From Octopus sinensis (Eukaryota), in the NCBI RefSeq assembly GCF_006345805.1, contig NC_043016.1, positions 1,922,001-1,986,000 of the forward strand: DNA of 64,000 nucleotides, read 5' to 3'. The translations under genes and the position numbers were made by a program. The notes under the pieces were generated by a model that saw only the letters and a list, made by a program, of their open reading frames with translations, ran no database searches and was not told the DNA's origin. Positions 1 to 13,807 of this stretch are shown here, one piece after another. Each line of letters starts with the position of its first letter. Within the stretch, counting starts at the first letter, position 1.

Positions 1-69
1 TATATATATATATACATATATATAATATATGTATATATATATATATGTATTATATTATATATATGTATT

Positions 70-110
<41 letters not shown>

Positions 111-465
111 TACATATATATATATAATATATATGTATTTATATATATATATATATGTATTATATATATATATATTATACATATATATATATATATATAT
201 ATGTATTATATATATTTATATACATTATATATATATATATAGATATATGTATATTTATAATCATATATATATATATATGTATTATATATATATATATATA
301 TATGTTATTTATATATATATATATATGTATTATATATAATATATATATATATAGATATATATATATATATATAATACATATATAATATATATATAATATA
401 ATATATATATATATATATATATTATACATATATATTATATATATATGTATTCGTACATACATATA
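1..465. repeat. (TA)n-rich microsatellite
   Basis: Degenerate TATA tandem repeat; the YI/IY ORFs here are artefacts. Confidence 0.95.
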
Positions 466-564
466 TATGTGTGTATTATATTTATGAATACAATCTTTAT
501 TATTATTTTAATAGTTGAGTCTATGACATGCGGCCATACTGGAGCTCCGCCTTAATATGTTATA

Positions 565-582
565 CACACAAACACACACACA

Positions 583-617
<35 letters not shown>

Positions 618-1441
618 CACACACATAACAATAAAGCATCGGCGACAACGACGAATTTGCAGGACATTGTGAAAGGATCATACATAGGCATCACAACTTT
701 CTAGTTGTGATGTCTCTTACCCTCATTCTGTGTGTGTGTGTGTGCGAGTGTGCGAGTGAGTATGTGACTGTGTGTGTGTATCCATAGATAGATAGACTAC
801 AGATAGATAGATAGACAGTCATAGATAGGTTGATAGATAGATAGATAGATAGATAGATAGGTAGATATACATACACACACATGCACACATACACACGACA
901 TATATACATCTGTATATATGTCTCTCTCTCTCTCCATCTCTGTCTCTTTCGCTCGCTTTCTCTTTGTCTCCTCTATTTTTATCTTCCTCACGATTACCAT
1001 TTACATTTCACCTTTATGTTTCTCTTCCTCTTTTCGCTTCCGATATCACCACCTCACCCCTCACCCCTCACCCCTCACCCCCTCCACTCACCCCCACCCT
1101 CTTACTAATTCACCTCAATCCAAATCTCTTACCTTCCTTCTCGCTTCGTTGTCTTTTATCTCCCCAATTTCACAATCATTCCAACCACCCCGTTCAACAA
1201 CCACTATGCTCTCTCTCTCTCTCTCTCTCTCCTCTTCTTCCTCTCTCTTTTTTTCTCTCTCTCTACCCCTTCACTTTCTCTCCTCCCTGTCTATCGCTCA
1301 CCTTTTGCTATCTATCTACCTATCTATCCATATCACACCTTTCTCTCTCTCTCTCTCTCTCTCTTTCTTACTCTCAGACAAACACATTTATTCCTCTCTC
1401 TCTCTCTCTCTCATACTCACCCCTCTTTCTCATTCACACAC

Positions 1442-1484
<43 letters not shown>

Positions 1485-2242
1485 TCAAATTCTTCTCGTA
1501 TTATTCCCTTTGCACTAAACGTCCAAATCAACTTTAAACGGCTTTTCACTCGTCATTTATCTCACTGCTCCCCCCAACTCCACCCTCTCACGCGCTTTAT
1601 TCATACGTACATTGCATGCATACATATACACATACATGTATACGCACTTACATACGCACACAAACACACACATGTACGTATGTGTGTGTGTGTTCATATA
1701 TCATGCTCTATCGTTATTTCACTTCACTCTTTTTGTGTATGTGTGTATGTATATATATATATATGTGTGTGTATACACATATATGTATGTATATATATTT
1801 CTATATGTATGTATATATATATTTATATATGTATGTATATACAAACATATATACATACATATATATATATATATGAAGATAAACGGATGCGTGACGTTTA
1901 TAATAATATAAATAATATACATATATATGCATATATACATGCATGTATGTACAGACATACATATATATGCATATATAAATGTGTGTATATACATATGTAT
2001 GCAGATATCTATAAACACACATATTCATATGCATATATACATAAACATATACACACACATACACACACAAACACACACACGCACGCACACACACACACGC
2101 ATATATATATATTTATACATACAGTGAGTCAGATGGTGACACAGAAAAGTAGTCAGAGTAAAAGACAGGGATAGACAGACATGCATACATACATATATAC
2201 ATATATACATATATATATATATATACATGTATATATTATAAT

Positions 2243-2310
<68 letters not shown>

Positions 2311-3218
2311 GATATATAGATAGATAGATAGATAGATAGATACATAGATAGATATGTGTGTATGTATGTGTGTGTGTGTTAGTGTGCGTGTGTATGTATA
2401 CACACACACACCATCAATACAGGCAGGCGGACAGACAATGATGGACAGATACATCACCACCTTATGTATCTTATAATAACAGTTTCCCCCCCCCCGTATC
2501 TCCCTCTTCCTCTCTTTCCCTCTCTCTCTCCCTCCCTCGCTTTATCTATCTATCTATATCTGCCAAACCATTCTTTGTCTACCGTAGAGTGGTGTCAGTC
2601 TTTGTTTCTCCGACCCCTCCGTCGTCAATATATCTCACCCTGTCCCCTATATTTGTCTTACACCTCCCTACCCGCAGTCCCTTAAAAAAAAAAATTCTTG
2701 AGCATATATTTTGATATTGTTATTTTTATTCAGTTCCTATTGAAAGCTTTTCTTTTTAGACTTTTTCTCTCCCCTTTCACCGAGCTGACGTCCGTATCTT
2801 CCGTCTGCTTTCAAATTCGTACACAATACACACATGCACGCACGCACAATCACGCACACACACACACACACACACGCTGAAATACACACTCACCACACAC
2901 ACTCATACATACACACACACTCATACATACATGCATACATACATTCAAACATACATGTATTTATACATGTATTTATGTATGTATGTGTGGGGGTGTATGT
3001 ACGTATTGTATGTGTATATAGATATGTGTATGTGTACGTATGTGTATATGCGAGTGTGTTTGTATGCGTACGTATGTGTGTGCATATATGTATATATAAG
3101 TATGTATGAATATTCATTTATGTATGTATGTATCTATGTATGTATATGTATGTATGTATATATATATGTGTTTGTATGTATGTATTTTATATAGTTATAT
3201 ATATATATATATATATAG

Positions 3219-3255
<37 letters not shown>

Positions 3256-3390
3256 TAATATGTATATGTATTACGTATGTATGTGTGTAGTGTGTATGCA
3301 TGCGTGTATGTATGTATATGTGTATTCCGATATAGATTATATACAAGTACATGTGTATGTGTGTGTGGTGTGTGTGTGTGTGTCGGTGTG
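565..3390. repeat. Compound microsatellite/low-complexity region: (CA)n, (GATA)n, (CT)n, (TA)n, (TATG)n
   Basis: Visible tandem di- and tetranucleotide runs. Confidence 0.9.
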
Positions 3391-3419
3391 AGTATTTATA
3401 TGCACACCGTACGATTCCA

Positions 3420-3499
3420 TTAATCCGGCACCTTGGGTAATGGATATGTTTGATTACCAAATATACCGGTGTACTGGAACTCGTCGTAATGGACAAAGT
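3420..3499 (-). CDS. Candidate terminal coding exon of an unidentified host gene, (D)FVHYDEFQYTGIFGNQTYPLPKVPD*
   Basis: Minus strand shows a branch-like ctgac/ctcac, a pyrimidine tract and AG (ctcacctttttgtttcctgatgtaacAG), then an 80-nt non-repetitive phase-1 frame ending TAA. No homolog recognised. Confidence 0.4.
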
Positions 3500-3559
3500 C
3501 TGTTACATCAGGAAACAAAAAGGTGAGAATAACAAAGAATGAGTCAGACATTAAGGCAA

Positions 3560-3694
<135 letters not shown>

Positions 3695-3760
3695 TCCTTT
3701 TCACAATAGGCATAAGGCCTAAAATTTTAGGAGTAGGGGCTAGTTGATTATATCGGCCCC

Positions 3761-3936
3761 GCTGTGTAATAAGTAACTTTCTTACCAACCACATGGTTCC
3801 GGGTTCAGTCCCACAGCGTGGCACCTTGGGCAAGTGTCTTCTACTAAAGCCTCGGGCAGACCAAATCGTTTTGAGTGGATTTGGTAGATGGAAACTGAAA
3901 GAAGCCCGTCGTATATATGTATATATATATATATTA

Positions 3937-3973
<37 letters not shown>

Positions 3974-4190
3974 TGTGTGTGTTTGTGTTTCTGTGTTTGT
4001 CCCCCCAACATCGCTTGACAACTGATGCCGGTATGCTTACGTCCCCGTAACATAGCGTTCGGCAAAAGAGACCGATGGAATAAGTACCAGGCTTACAAAG
4101 AATAAGTCCTGGGGTCGATTTGCTCGACTAAAGGTGGTGCTCCAGCATGGCTGCAGTCAAATGACTGAAATAAGTAAAAGAAAATAAAAG
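3761..4190 (+). mobile_element. tRNA-derived SINE family A (octopus-type, internal TA/TG microsatellite)
   Basis: B-box-like ggttcagtccc, ccttgggcaagtg core, internal (TA)n(TG)n, tail gtcaaatgactgaaa..taaaag; more than 15 copies in the window. Confidence 0.9.
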
Positions 4191-4204
4191 AAACAAAAAA
4201 GTGT

Positions 4205-4740
4205 GTAATTGGTACTTATTCATTGACCCCGAAAAGAATAAAAAGCAAAGTCGACCTCGGCGGAATTTGAACTCAGAAATGCCTCTGAGCGTTTTGCCCG
4301 GCGTGCTAACAATCCTGCCAGCTCGCCAATAACAATAGTAACGGTTTCAATTTTTGCCGCAAGGGCAGAAATTTTGTGGGAGGGGATGAGTCAATTACAT
4401 TGACCCCAGTACTCATATGGTACTTATTTTATCGACCCCGAAAGGATGAAAGGCAAAGTCGACCTCGGCGGAATTTGAACTTAGAACATCAGCGATGGGT
4501 CAAATACCTATTTCTTTACTACCCACAAGGGGCTAAACACAGAGAGGACAAACAAGGACAGACAAAAGGATTAAGTCGATGATATCGACACTAGTGCGTA
4601 ACTGGTACTTATTTAATCGACCTCGAAAGGATGAAAGGCAAAGTTGACCTCGGCGGAATTTGAACTCAGAATGTAACAGCAGACGAAATACCGCTAAGCA
4701 TTTCGCCCGGCGTGCTAACGTTTCTCCCCCAACTTTCCAT
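4205..4740 (-). mobile_element. Three tandem partial copies of tRNA-derived SINE family B (Nin/Deu-type domain)
   Basis: Repeated block cgaccccgaaaggatgaaaggcaaagtcgacctcggcggaatttgaact, i.e. minus-strand B-box gagttcaaattcc plus tttcatcctttcggggtcg; other copies near 5375-5590, 40130-40270 and 45920-46030. Confidence 0.85.
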
Positions 4741-4756
4741 CTTCTTAATAATAATG

Positions 4757-4807
<51 letters not shown>

Positions 4808-4872
4808 TAATAATATAATAATAATAATAAAATAAAATAAAATAAAAGAAACAAAAAAGTGTGTAATTGGTA

Positions 4873-5309
4873 GACCTACCAAAAACTGAGCAAATATAAA
4901 GATCTTGAAATAGAAATCAGCAAAATGTGGAACCTGAAGACTAAAGCAATACCTGTTGTCATAGGTGCCCTGGGAATGATAGCGAAAGGGACTGATTGCT
5001 ACATAACTCAGATACCAGGAAACCCTAAAATGGCAAAAATTCAAAAGATAGTGCTCATGGGAACTGCTCATATCCTACGCAAAATACTCTCTATGTAATC
5101 CCAAGGTTTAAAACAAACTTCTTTTTATTTTTTTTATTTTTTATTTTTTTTAAATATTTATTTTTTTATTTTTATGTATTAGACATTCACTAGTACAACA
5201 AAAAAAACCCAAATATATGGCACAGAACTTCCAACCTGTTCTCTCGTGAGGTCTCTGGGTGAGACTTGGAGCCAACTTGTACAGACATAAAGCAAAAGTC
5301 AAACATAGA
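4873..5309 (+). mobile_element. R4/Dong-like non-LTR retrotransposon 3' end (restriction-like endonuclease C-terminus + 3'UTR)
   Basis: Translates KLSKYKDLEIEISKMWNLKTKAIPVVIGALGMIAKG...IQKIVLMGTAHILRKILSM* (stop 5096-5098); the 3' end runs directly into (TAA)n. Confidence 0.85.
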
Positions 5310-5750
5310 ATAATAATAATAATAATAATAATAATGATGATAATAATAATAATAATAATGATAATAATAATAATCCTTTCTACTGTAGGCTGAAACCCCG
5401 AAACACCGGGTGGGTAGGAAAGTGGTTTACTTGGACACAAATGCTCTACTGATATTTTATTGGATCCCGGAAGGATGAAAGCTAAGTCGACCTCGGCGGA
5501 ATTTGAACTCAGAACGTATGGACGGAACGGAAGAAATGATGTTAAGTATTTTCTCCGAACTGATAACGATTCTGCAAACTCGCCGCCATCCATGGCAAAA
5601 TGACGCAACTTCTAAAATTTCAATCCCATTTTTATATTAAATTCTTTCCTTCAAACACTCATGCCTCGAAGTTGACGGGAGTGAACATCATCATCATCGT
5701 CGTCGTCGTCGTCGTTGTCGTTGTTATCATTATTATTATTATTATTATTA

Positions 5751-5847
<97 letters not shown>

Positions 5848-5892
5848 ATTATTATTATTTTTTCATTATTATTATTATTATTATTATTGTTA

Positions 5893-6505
5893 CTATTTTT
5901 TTTCTTCTTTCAAATTTGCTTCCATTTCTTGCCGAGTGTCTTCTCGACTCCTAGGGCAAAGAAACTCATAGTATACCTTGGTAGGCATTAAACCAAACTC
6001 AATAGTTCGTTCATTTTTTTTTTTTTAAGTTAATTAAAATACATGGTAGTAATAGTTCTCACATCGACGAGCTCTTCTCAATACGTGTGATGTACCAGTT
6101 AAGACAATCTTTTGCACTTCTTGCAGGGATGGTAAGCCAGGATCATTCTCATATAATTTTCGGTTCCCTTCTTGATCATTCCTAGTGCTCCTACCATCAC
6201 TGGTATTTGTAAACCGCCATGAGTATGCCACATTTTCTCAATTTCATGAGTAGGTCTTTATATTTTCTGAGCTTGTCAAACTCTTTCGCTGAGATATTAT
6301 GATCACAGGGGATGCTCATGTCGATCAATAGCAAACTTTATTGTTTTGGTCTTTCACAACAATATCTGGTTTATTGGCCTTGATGGTTCGGTCTGTATGT
6401 ACTGGAAAGTCCCCCACAGAATCGTTACATTATCTCCTTCAGTACAGCCTCAGGGTGGTGATGATACCACTTGTCGGCAGTTTTGAGATTGTAATGCCGA
6501 CTTTA
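5893..6505 (-). mobile_element. Second R4/Dong-like family, 5'-truncated, RLE domain
   Basis: Frameshifted KWYHHHPEAV..VTILW.DFPVHTDRTIKANKPDIVVKD..IDMSIPCDHNISAKEFDKLRKYKDL..EVQKIVLTGTSHVLRR (PD-D..K RLE motif); flanked on both sides by (TTA)n. Confidence 0.9.
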
Positions 6506-6538
6506 TCATAATTATTATTATTATCATTATTATTATTA

Positions 6539-6588
<50 letters not shown>

Positions 6589-6604
6589 ATTATTATTATT
6601 ACAT

Positions 6605-6659
<55 letters not shown>

Positions 6660-6716
6660 CATTATTATTATTATTATTATCATTATTATTTATCATTATT
6701 ATCATTCTTATTATTA

Positions 6717-6756
<40 letters not shown>

Positions 6757-7008
6757 CATTATTATATTATTATTATTATTATTATTATCATTATTATTAT
6801 TATCATTAGTATTATTATTATTATAATCATTTTTATTATTATTGTATTATTATTACACACATCATCATTATTATTATCATTATCTTATAATTATCAATTA
6901 TTATTATTATCATTTTATTATTATCTTATTATTATTATTATTTTATTACTCATTATTATCATCATTATTATTATTATCATTATCATTTTTATTTCATTAT
7001 CATTATTA

Positions 7009-7049
<41 letters not shown>

Positions 7050-7156
7050 CATTATTATTATTATTATTATATATTAATATTATTATTATAGTATTATTAT
7101 TAGTATTATTATTATTATCATTATCATTATTATTATTTTTATTATCATTATTATTA

Positions 7157-7187
<31 letters not shown>

Positions 7188-7233
7188 CATATCATTATTA
7201 ATTATAATCATTATATTATTATTATTATTATCT

Positions 7234-7310
<77 letters not shown>
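6506..7310. repeat. Long degenerate (TTA/TCA)n array
   Basis: Visible trinucleotide array. Confidence 0.95.
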
Positions 7311-7312
<2 letters not shown>

Positions 7313-7620
7313 GCCTGCTTTCCCTAAGGTGAGGTATTGTTTTCGGTCGTGTTTGTTTGTGGTCTGTGGACAATATATTTCAAGAACCACTTGATGGATT
7401 TGAATGAAACTTTCAGAGATATTTGGCTTCGTGACTGATTAGATTTTGGGATCGATCCGGTACCGGATAATGATTCTGGATTATTTTTCCCGTTTTTTGT
7501 ACTTAAATTTTGAGAGCGGTCGGGTTCATTTTAGCATTCTCGTTTGTGATAGCAGTCGAGTTTATTCACAGATATTCAAAAAGTAATCTCTGGCTAGTCG
7601 TTGACAGAACGTTGATGTTG
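7311..7620 (+). mobile_element. Possible Helentron/DINE-like non-autonomous element
   Basis: ggtattgttttcggtcgtgtttgtttgt..gtctgt..gatggatttgaatgaaacttt resembles DINE/HINE-type 5' ends; recognition only. Confidence 0.4.
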
Positions 7621-7731
7621 CATTGGTGGTGACACATGCAAAGAAAATAAAGAAGCAGAAAGATTGACAAATCATAACGAGTTGAAATCGTTAGGATATG
7701 GAAAACGTAAAAAAGGGAACTACAGTACGAA

Positions 7732-8071
7732 GGCGCAGGAGTGGCTGTGTGGTAAGTAGCTTGCTTACCAACCACATGGTCCCCGGTTCAGTCCCGCTGC
7801 GTGATACCTTGGGCAAGTGTCTTCTACTATAGCTTCGGGCCAACCAAAGACTTATGAGTGGATTTTGTAGACGGAAACTGAAAGAAGCCCGTCGCATATG
7901 TATACATATATATATATATGCATATGTGTATACGTTTGTGTGTCTGTGTTTGTCCCCCCAACATCGCTTGACAACCGATGCTGGTGTGTTTACGTCCCCG
8001 TAACTTAGCGGTTCGGCTAAGTGACCGAATACAAAGACTAAGTCCTGTGGTCGATTTGCTCGACTAAAGGC
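7732..8071 (+). mobile_element. SINE family A
   Basis: Full head ggcgcaggagtggctgtgtggtaag (A box) and ggttcagtccc (B box). Confidence 0.9.
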
Positions 8072-8333
8072 AGGAACATTAAACATAATAAGGGACAACA
8101 TTTCAAAATTGGTGGACAGGATGGAAGTAGATTGTCAGAGTTATTGCAAAGAGTTTGCTAAGCGAGAACGGCAAGAAATAACACAAAGGATCCGCGATGA
8201 TTAGATTTAATAAATGGCAAAGAAGAGGTTGTTTGAAATATAATGCTACAGGTTGTAGATTAGTTTCGAAGCAGCGAAAGTGAGAAGGTTGCAAAAAGGA
8301 GAAAATCAGTAACAATAATAATCATAATAATCA

Positions 8334-8704
8334 TGCTTACGAACAACATGTTTCCGGGTTCAGTTCCACTGCGTGGCACCTTGGATAGGTGTTTTCTACT
8401 ATAGCCTCGGGCCGACCAAAGCCTTGTGAGTGGATTTGGTAGACTGAAACTGAAAGAAGCCCGTCGTATATATGTATATATAGGTTTGTGTGTCTGTGTT
8501 TGTCCACCCACCCCTCACCATTGCTTGACAACCGATGCTGGTGTATTTACATCTCCGTAACTTAGCGGTTCGGCAAAAGAGACCGATAGAATAAGCACTT
8601 GACTTACAAAGAATAAGGCCTGGGGTAGATTTGCTCGACTAAAGGCGGTGCTCCAGCATGGCCACAGTCAAATGACTGAAACAAGTAAGAGAGAGTAAAA
8701 GAGT
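8334..8704 (+). mobile_element. SINE family A
   Basis: Matches the other copies, including the (gagtaaaa) tail. Confidence 0.9.
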
Positions 8705-9749
8705 ATTATGATTTGCAATTTAGGCAGAAAGCAAGTAATTTCGAGGTGGGTAGTGTTTCAGTCAATACCGGGTACCTGGCGGTAGTTCATTTTATCGACC
8801 CATGAGAGAAGAAAAGCAAAACTAAAGTGTAATGTGCAAATTATACACAGGTCGCTTGAATACATTCTTCCAAAATTACTGTGAAACACCTGGTGGTGTG
8901 TGATGACCAGGTAAGTGGAAAGAAAGGAGTTTCGGATTCTAGTAATCAACTTCTAAACAGCAAAGTTGTCCTGAAGGAAACGAAACAGCACTGCCTAAGT
9001 CGGTTGGGTGCATGACTAGAATTTAAGACGTTTGACATTGTCCCTAATCCAGGGATAACAGGGTCACTACGCCTTGCTAAAATTCTAACGTTTATAGCTG
9101 ATTCCATTAAAAGACTGGAAATGACACGGTCCACAGAACAATCGACAAAAGTCGAAGCAACCACTAGCGCCGTCTAACAGAATTAGTCTTTCAACAGGAC
9201 TATTTCGGGGCTGGCAGCTTATCCAGCAGTAAACCTCTGCTCAGTCCTGTATGGAAATACAAAGTTTACATGTTGGGATGTATAGATAGAATAAAAATTA
9301 ACGTCACAGTTTTTATGTCGATGACTTTCAGCTACATTTACGTAATAGTTATTAAACCAAGAGACAGTTAGGACTGGCCATAACAGTGAGGATTCTTCAG
9401 AAATGGCGTTACTCCAATGTTACAAAAACGTAGATGAAAAGAAAAGTTCACCGCCTGATCCTGATTCCAAGACTTAACATGCGTTTGCGATAGAGAACAT
9501 TACAAAATGTTGTACATCAGTTTTTATAATGTCAAACGCTTGTGCGACACGATTAGAATTCTATAAATGTTTGAAACTATTACGAGTCTCGCAAACAGTA
9601 AAAATAGACAAGATGGACAAAGATTACAAACTCGCCACAGATCCGGAAAACCGACTTTATGAGCCTATGGCTCGAAAATGACTTCTTTTTTTTTTTTAAA
9701 TATACATTTCTCCTAAGATTTTTGCCATTAGTTTTTTTTTTAATTGTTT

Positions 9750-11300
9750 TAAATAATTTTATGTTGGATAAATATAAAGAAGTATGTTTTTAGAGATGAT
9801 CGTAACAGAACCAAGCAGTGAAATGAAAGTGATAAATAATAGGGCGTTAAGAAAGTCGGCTATCGCAGATGGCAGTACTGTCATGAAACATTCTAGACGA
9901 CTTCTGAAATAGGGCTGGAGAAGATCCCTTAGTTGGTTACATGAAGTGGGTGAAGAACTTCTGGGATGTAAAATATAGCAAACTACTCGAAATGCCAATG
10001 CGAAATAATTGCATCAACAAGCAACATTTGTTGAAGAGAAATTATGTTGTACTACTTAGAAAAACCCACACTTAAGAGATGCAAGAAAAACGACAGTATT
10101 AACAGACCAGTAGGAAGTTCCCTTGAGACAATCGCTTTAAACATGAACAACGATCAGAACAAAACCATTGCAGTAACATGAGCCATGGCAGTCGTCATTG
10201 TATGTACACGCTTACGAACAAATGGAAATGAGCAAGGAATATAAATAGATCAAACTGCAGCTCATAGCAACAATTATGTAGAACTGCATGCGTCCTCTAT
10301 ACTAAGATTCCACTAAAAGAAAGAACGACCCAATTCAGTAGGGAAGCTGCTGAGTTGACGTTTACCGTAATCGATCAACTTAGTAAAAGCGCCCAGCACA
10401 AAGTGAACCCCATGACATATATATAATGTCTTACTGAGTTGTGTTGCAATTGCCATTTACCAACAAACAGAGGGAATGGCGATCGGGCGAAACCCAATGA
10501 AAATATATCACCTAACTCCTCAAAAACACATCGATAAACTACTAATAATCATGCTATCAGAAGATTCAGAACGAATATTACAATCACGAACTACCAGCAA
10601 CAACTTATAGGCCTGCCGACGATATACATTTTTAGGAAACACGTACTGTTTCCTAAACACACACTGAACGGAAAAAAGTCTTTGCAATCACTGTTGCAAA
10701 TGTTTTGTTGTTTTTTTTTTCTCTGGAACGATCTGAATTCATTCGGGTGGATGAAGTTTGGATGTAAGGAGAACCCCATTGAAGAATAAGTAAATGAATT
10801 ATAAAGTGTGTACTGGGAAAACATCTCTTCAAAATTTAGAACATCATCTGTGCAATCCTTCTGACAGAAAATAGAAAACTTACCTTGGAAAGACCAACAG
10901 TTAGATATATTGGTAAGGAAAATTTACATTCTACAGGTTCGCTCTCGCCAATCTGTTTCCGAAACAATGGCAGATGAACTCAATGAACTGGACTAATCGA
11001 CAGCTGCCCAGAACAACCCAAAGACAAGTGTAGCAAAATACTCCTAGTTCATAACATACTGCTATGAGTAAACGTGGCATATAGAGTGTTTAAATGTGTT
11101 TTTCTAAGATCATTGCAAAACAAGCGAAGTCTACTGCCAAAGAGGTTGGACTATAAAAAGATGATTGACTGTGCTGCTACTAGTGGATACTAGAATATTT
11201 GCAAGCCTCCATTTGTTCGAGAAGATGCCGTTGAAAACCTGGCTTTAATATGGTTTGCGTAGCTTTCACTAAGAACAGATGCGACTATAATAGCCACAAT
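9750..11300 (+). pseudogene. Highly degraded Penelope-like RT relic
   Basis: Ordered motif remnants LYTKIPLKE (10295), YQQTEGMAIG (10458) and YRPADDIHF (10606), equivalent to the PLE motifs SLYTNIP / YxQxxGxAMG / RYVDDIF; boundaries uncertain. Confidence 0.6.
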
Positions 11301-11934
11301 AAGAATTAGGTTATCGAAGGAGATATTTCACAGTGACAGCTTGTCTGTATTGCTCTTCGTCCAAGTAGTGAAAATCTTGTCATCCTTTTGAGAAAATGTC
11401 AAGGTTACATGTTAGGATTTACAGAGGAGATCAAAATTAAGAACACTTATCTTTTTCTTCTCTCTCTTTTTCGTCAATGACCTAAAACGGTTTTCGGGGA
11501 ATATTCTCGACACCAACAAACAATTAAAATTAGCTGCTCACAGTATTCCCCAAAAGACACAGCAGTTGATTCTTCTCAGGATTAGTATTAATCTTCGGTA
11601 GTCGATTGAGGAGAGTTTATTGATCAGGCAAGGAGTATGAATATAAATAGCCTGACTTTCTCCTTTATGTTCCCTGACAAATGCTACAAATATCTCAAGA
11701 CAGAGAAAAATGTTGCACACGTTGATGCTGCGAGTAAAGTTAGAGTGACTAACGCTCAACAGTTGTGCATTTAATAAGATTTTATTTCACAATGTATTTG
11801 TAGTGTCAATGTGTTTCCAATATTTCGGATACTTGAAACAGACACTTGGAGAAATGCACAGCTTCTCTTCTGGAGCGGATCCCTGTGAAATGCCTATGTC
11901 AAAGATACACTACCATCTCCACAACCAAAGCCGC

Positions 11935-12083
11935 CACCATTAAAACCATCACCACTACAACCAGCACCAACAGAACCAGAACTAGCAGCAGCAGCAGCAC
12001 CATCACCACCAGAACAGCCATCACAACAACAAAAGTAAGTATAATAGTAGCACCAACAGCAATAACGATGATGGTGGTTGTGG

Positions 12084-12146
<63 letters not shown>

Positions 12147-12197
12147 CGACGACGACGACGACGACAATGACGATGGTGATGATGATGACGGCGATGA
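11935..12197. repeat. (ACC/AGC)n and (GAT)n/(GAC)n trinucleotide repeats
   Basis: Visible repeats; the poly-M and poly-H ORFs are artefacts. Confidence 0.9.
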
Positions 12198-13280
12198 TCC
12201 TTTCTACTAAAGGCACAAGGCCTGAAATTTTGGGGGAGGGGTGCTATTCGATTAATCACCCCACTGGTACACAATAGCAACAATCTAAAAATAAGGAATA
12301 ACAGCGGAAAATTATATTAAAATAACAACTTGTTGCAAACACAAAATTGTTTTTATAGCGCGGCGAACAAAAGTCCTGCACTGAAGTTGCAAAAGTCTTG
12401 TCTGAAGTTGTGAAAAAAAAGAAAAAAAGAGAGAGAGAGAATATCTATGGTGACGTAATGCGGAACTTGCAGATCTTAAATCTTCGTTCTCCATTTTCAT
12501 TTGTATCTTTTATTACAGGTACAACGGACTACGTAAGAGCGGATTTGCATTAAAAAAGAAGAAGCTGGAAACATAGGGTTTTCCATGAAAGAACAAAGCA
12601 GACTGACTCACTTCCAGCAGATCGATTTGTGGTACAATGAAGATTTGTAAAATAAACCGAAGATTCCCCCATTTGAATTTCCTGGGATGAATATGTACAC
12701 GCAGTCACGTGCGAATGAAGCATATACTCTCATACATAACAACTAATCAGGCGCGCACACACGCGCGCACGGTCGTGCATTGAAGAGACGTGTACAGACG
12801 TTATGTGAGTGTGAGTAAATGGAGGCAAACGTCTCGCTGATCGCTGAAGCTGTCTTGATTCGTACGAATGGGCCTCCAGTGTCACTTTTGTTAGCAAATG
12901 GATTTTGCACAAGCGAACTACAATAAGTCCCAAAGAAAATCTCACGTAATTGTGTGTGTGTGCGTGTGTGTGTGTACCATATATATATACATGTACCTAT
13001 ATATATATATCTATATATCTATATTTGTAAGTCTGTATATACACACGTACATACACACAACATATATATAGATATATATTAATTCAAACACGTGTAAACA
13101 GACATCTGTATATGTATATTTATATGTATGTATATATATATATATATATAATATATATGTGTGTGTGTGTGGTGTGTGTTATATATATGCACATACGTAT
13201 ATATATATATATATATTTATATATATCTATATATATATATATATGTATGTATGTATATATATATATATAATATATATTGT

Positions 13281-13312
<32 letters not shown>

Positions 13313-13345
13313 ACATACACACACACATATATGTATGTATGTATG

Positions 13346-13376
<31 letters not shown>

Positions 13377-13469
13377 ATGTATGTATGTATGTATATATGT
13401 ATGTATGTTGTATGTATGTATGTATGTATGTATGTATGTATGTATGTATGTATGTATGTATGTATGTAT

Positions 13470-13780
13470 GGTCAGGTCACTTTCGAGTGCTACAGGTAAC
13501 ATGTAACCCAGTACAACCTGTTGTATGGTCAGGTAGTCGGCGACTAAACCGGCAACCCCACCAAGCTTGCTTGGTGAGGAGGGTGTTTATTGCACACCCT
13601 GCGGGATGAAAAACAGTTACAACTACAGCCGGCTCTTACCAGTAAAGGTTTTAGCTGCCATTCTGTACAAGACATTGTAGATCTTTGGCTGGGCTAAAAA
13701 GTCACATTCGATCACAGCACCAATACGGTAAGCTTCGTGCAATGGCCATACTCGATAACGAGGAGGCAGCCATAATAATA
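13470..13780 (+). mobile_element. Internally deleted (bipartite) non-autonomous RTE element
   Basis: 13612-13780 matches the 3' end of the RTE at 24395-24545, including the gccataataata tail; it is fused to about 140 bp of putative 5'UTR. Confidence 0.7.
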
Positions 13781-13807
13781 TGTATACATATATATATGTG
13801 TGTGTGT

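Noticed and set aside
45-3391. Many long ORFs (up to 418 aa) of YI/HT/SL/MYVC repeats, also at 13-16 kb, 19.5 kb, 22-23 kb and 33 kb
   Set aside because: They are translations of stop-free microsatellites.
12519-12576. Plus-strand exon YNGLRKSGFALKKKKLET* after a good acceptor
   Set aside because: Too short, with no partner exons or recognisable homology.
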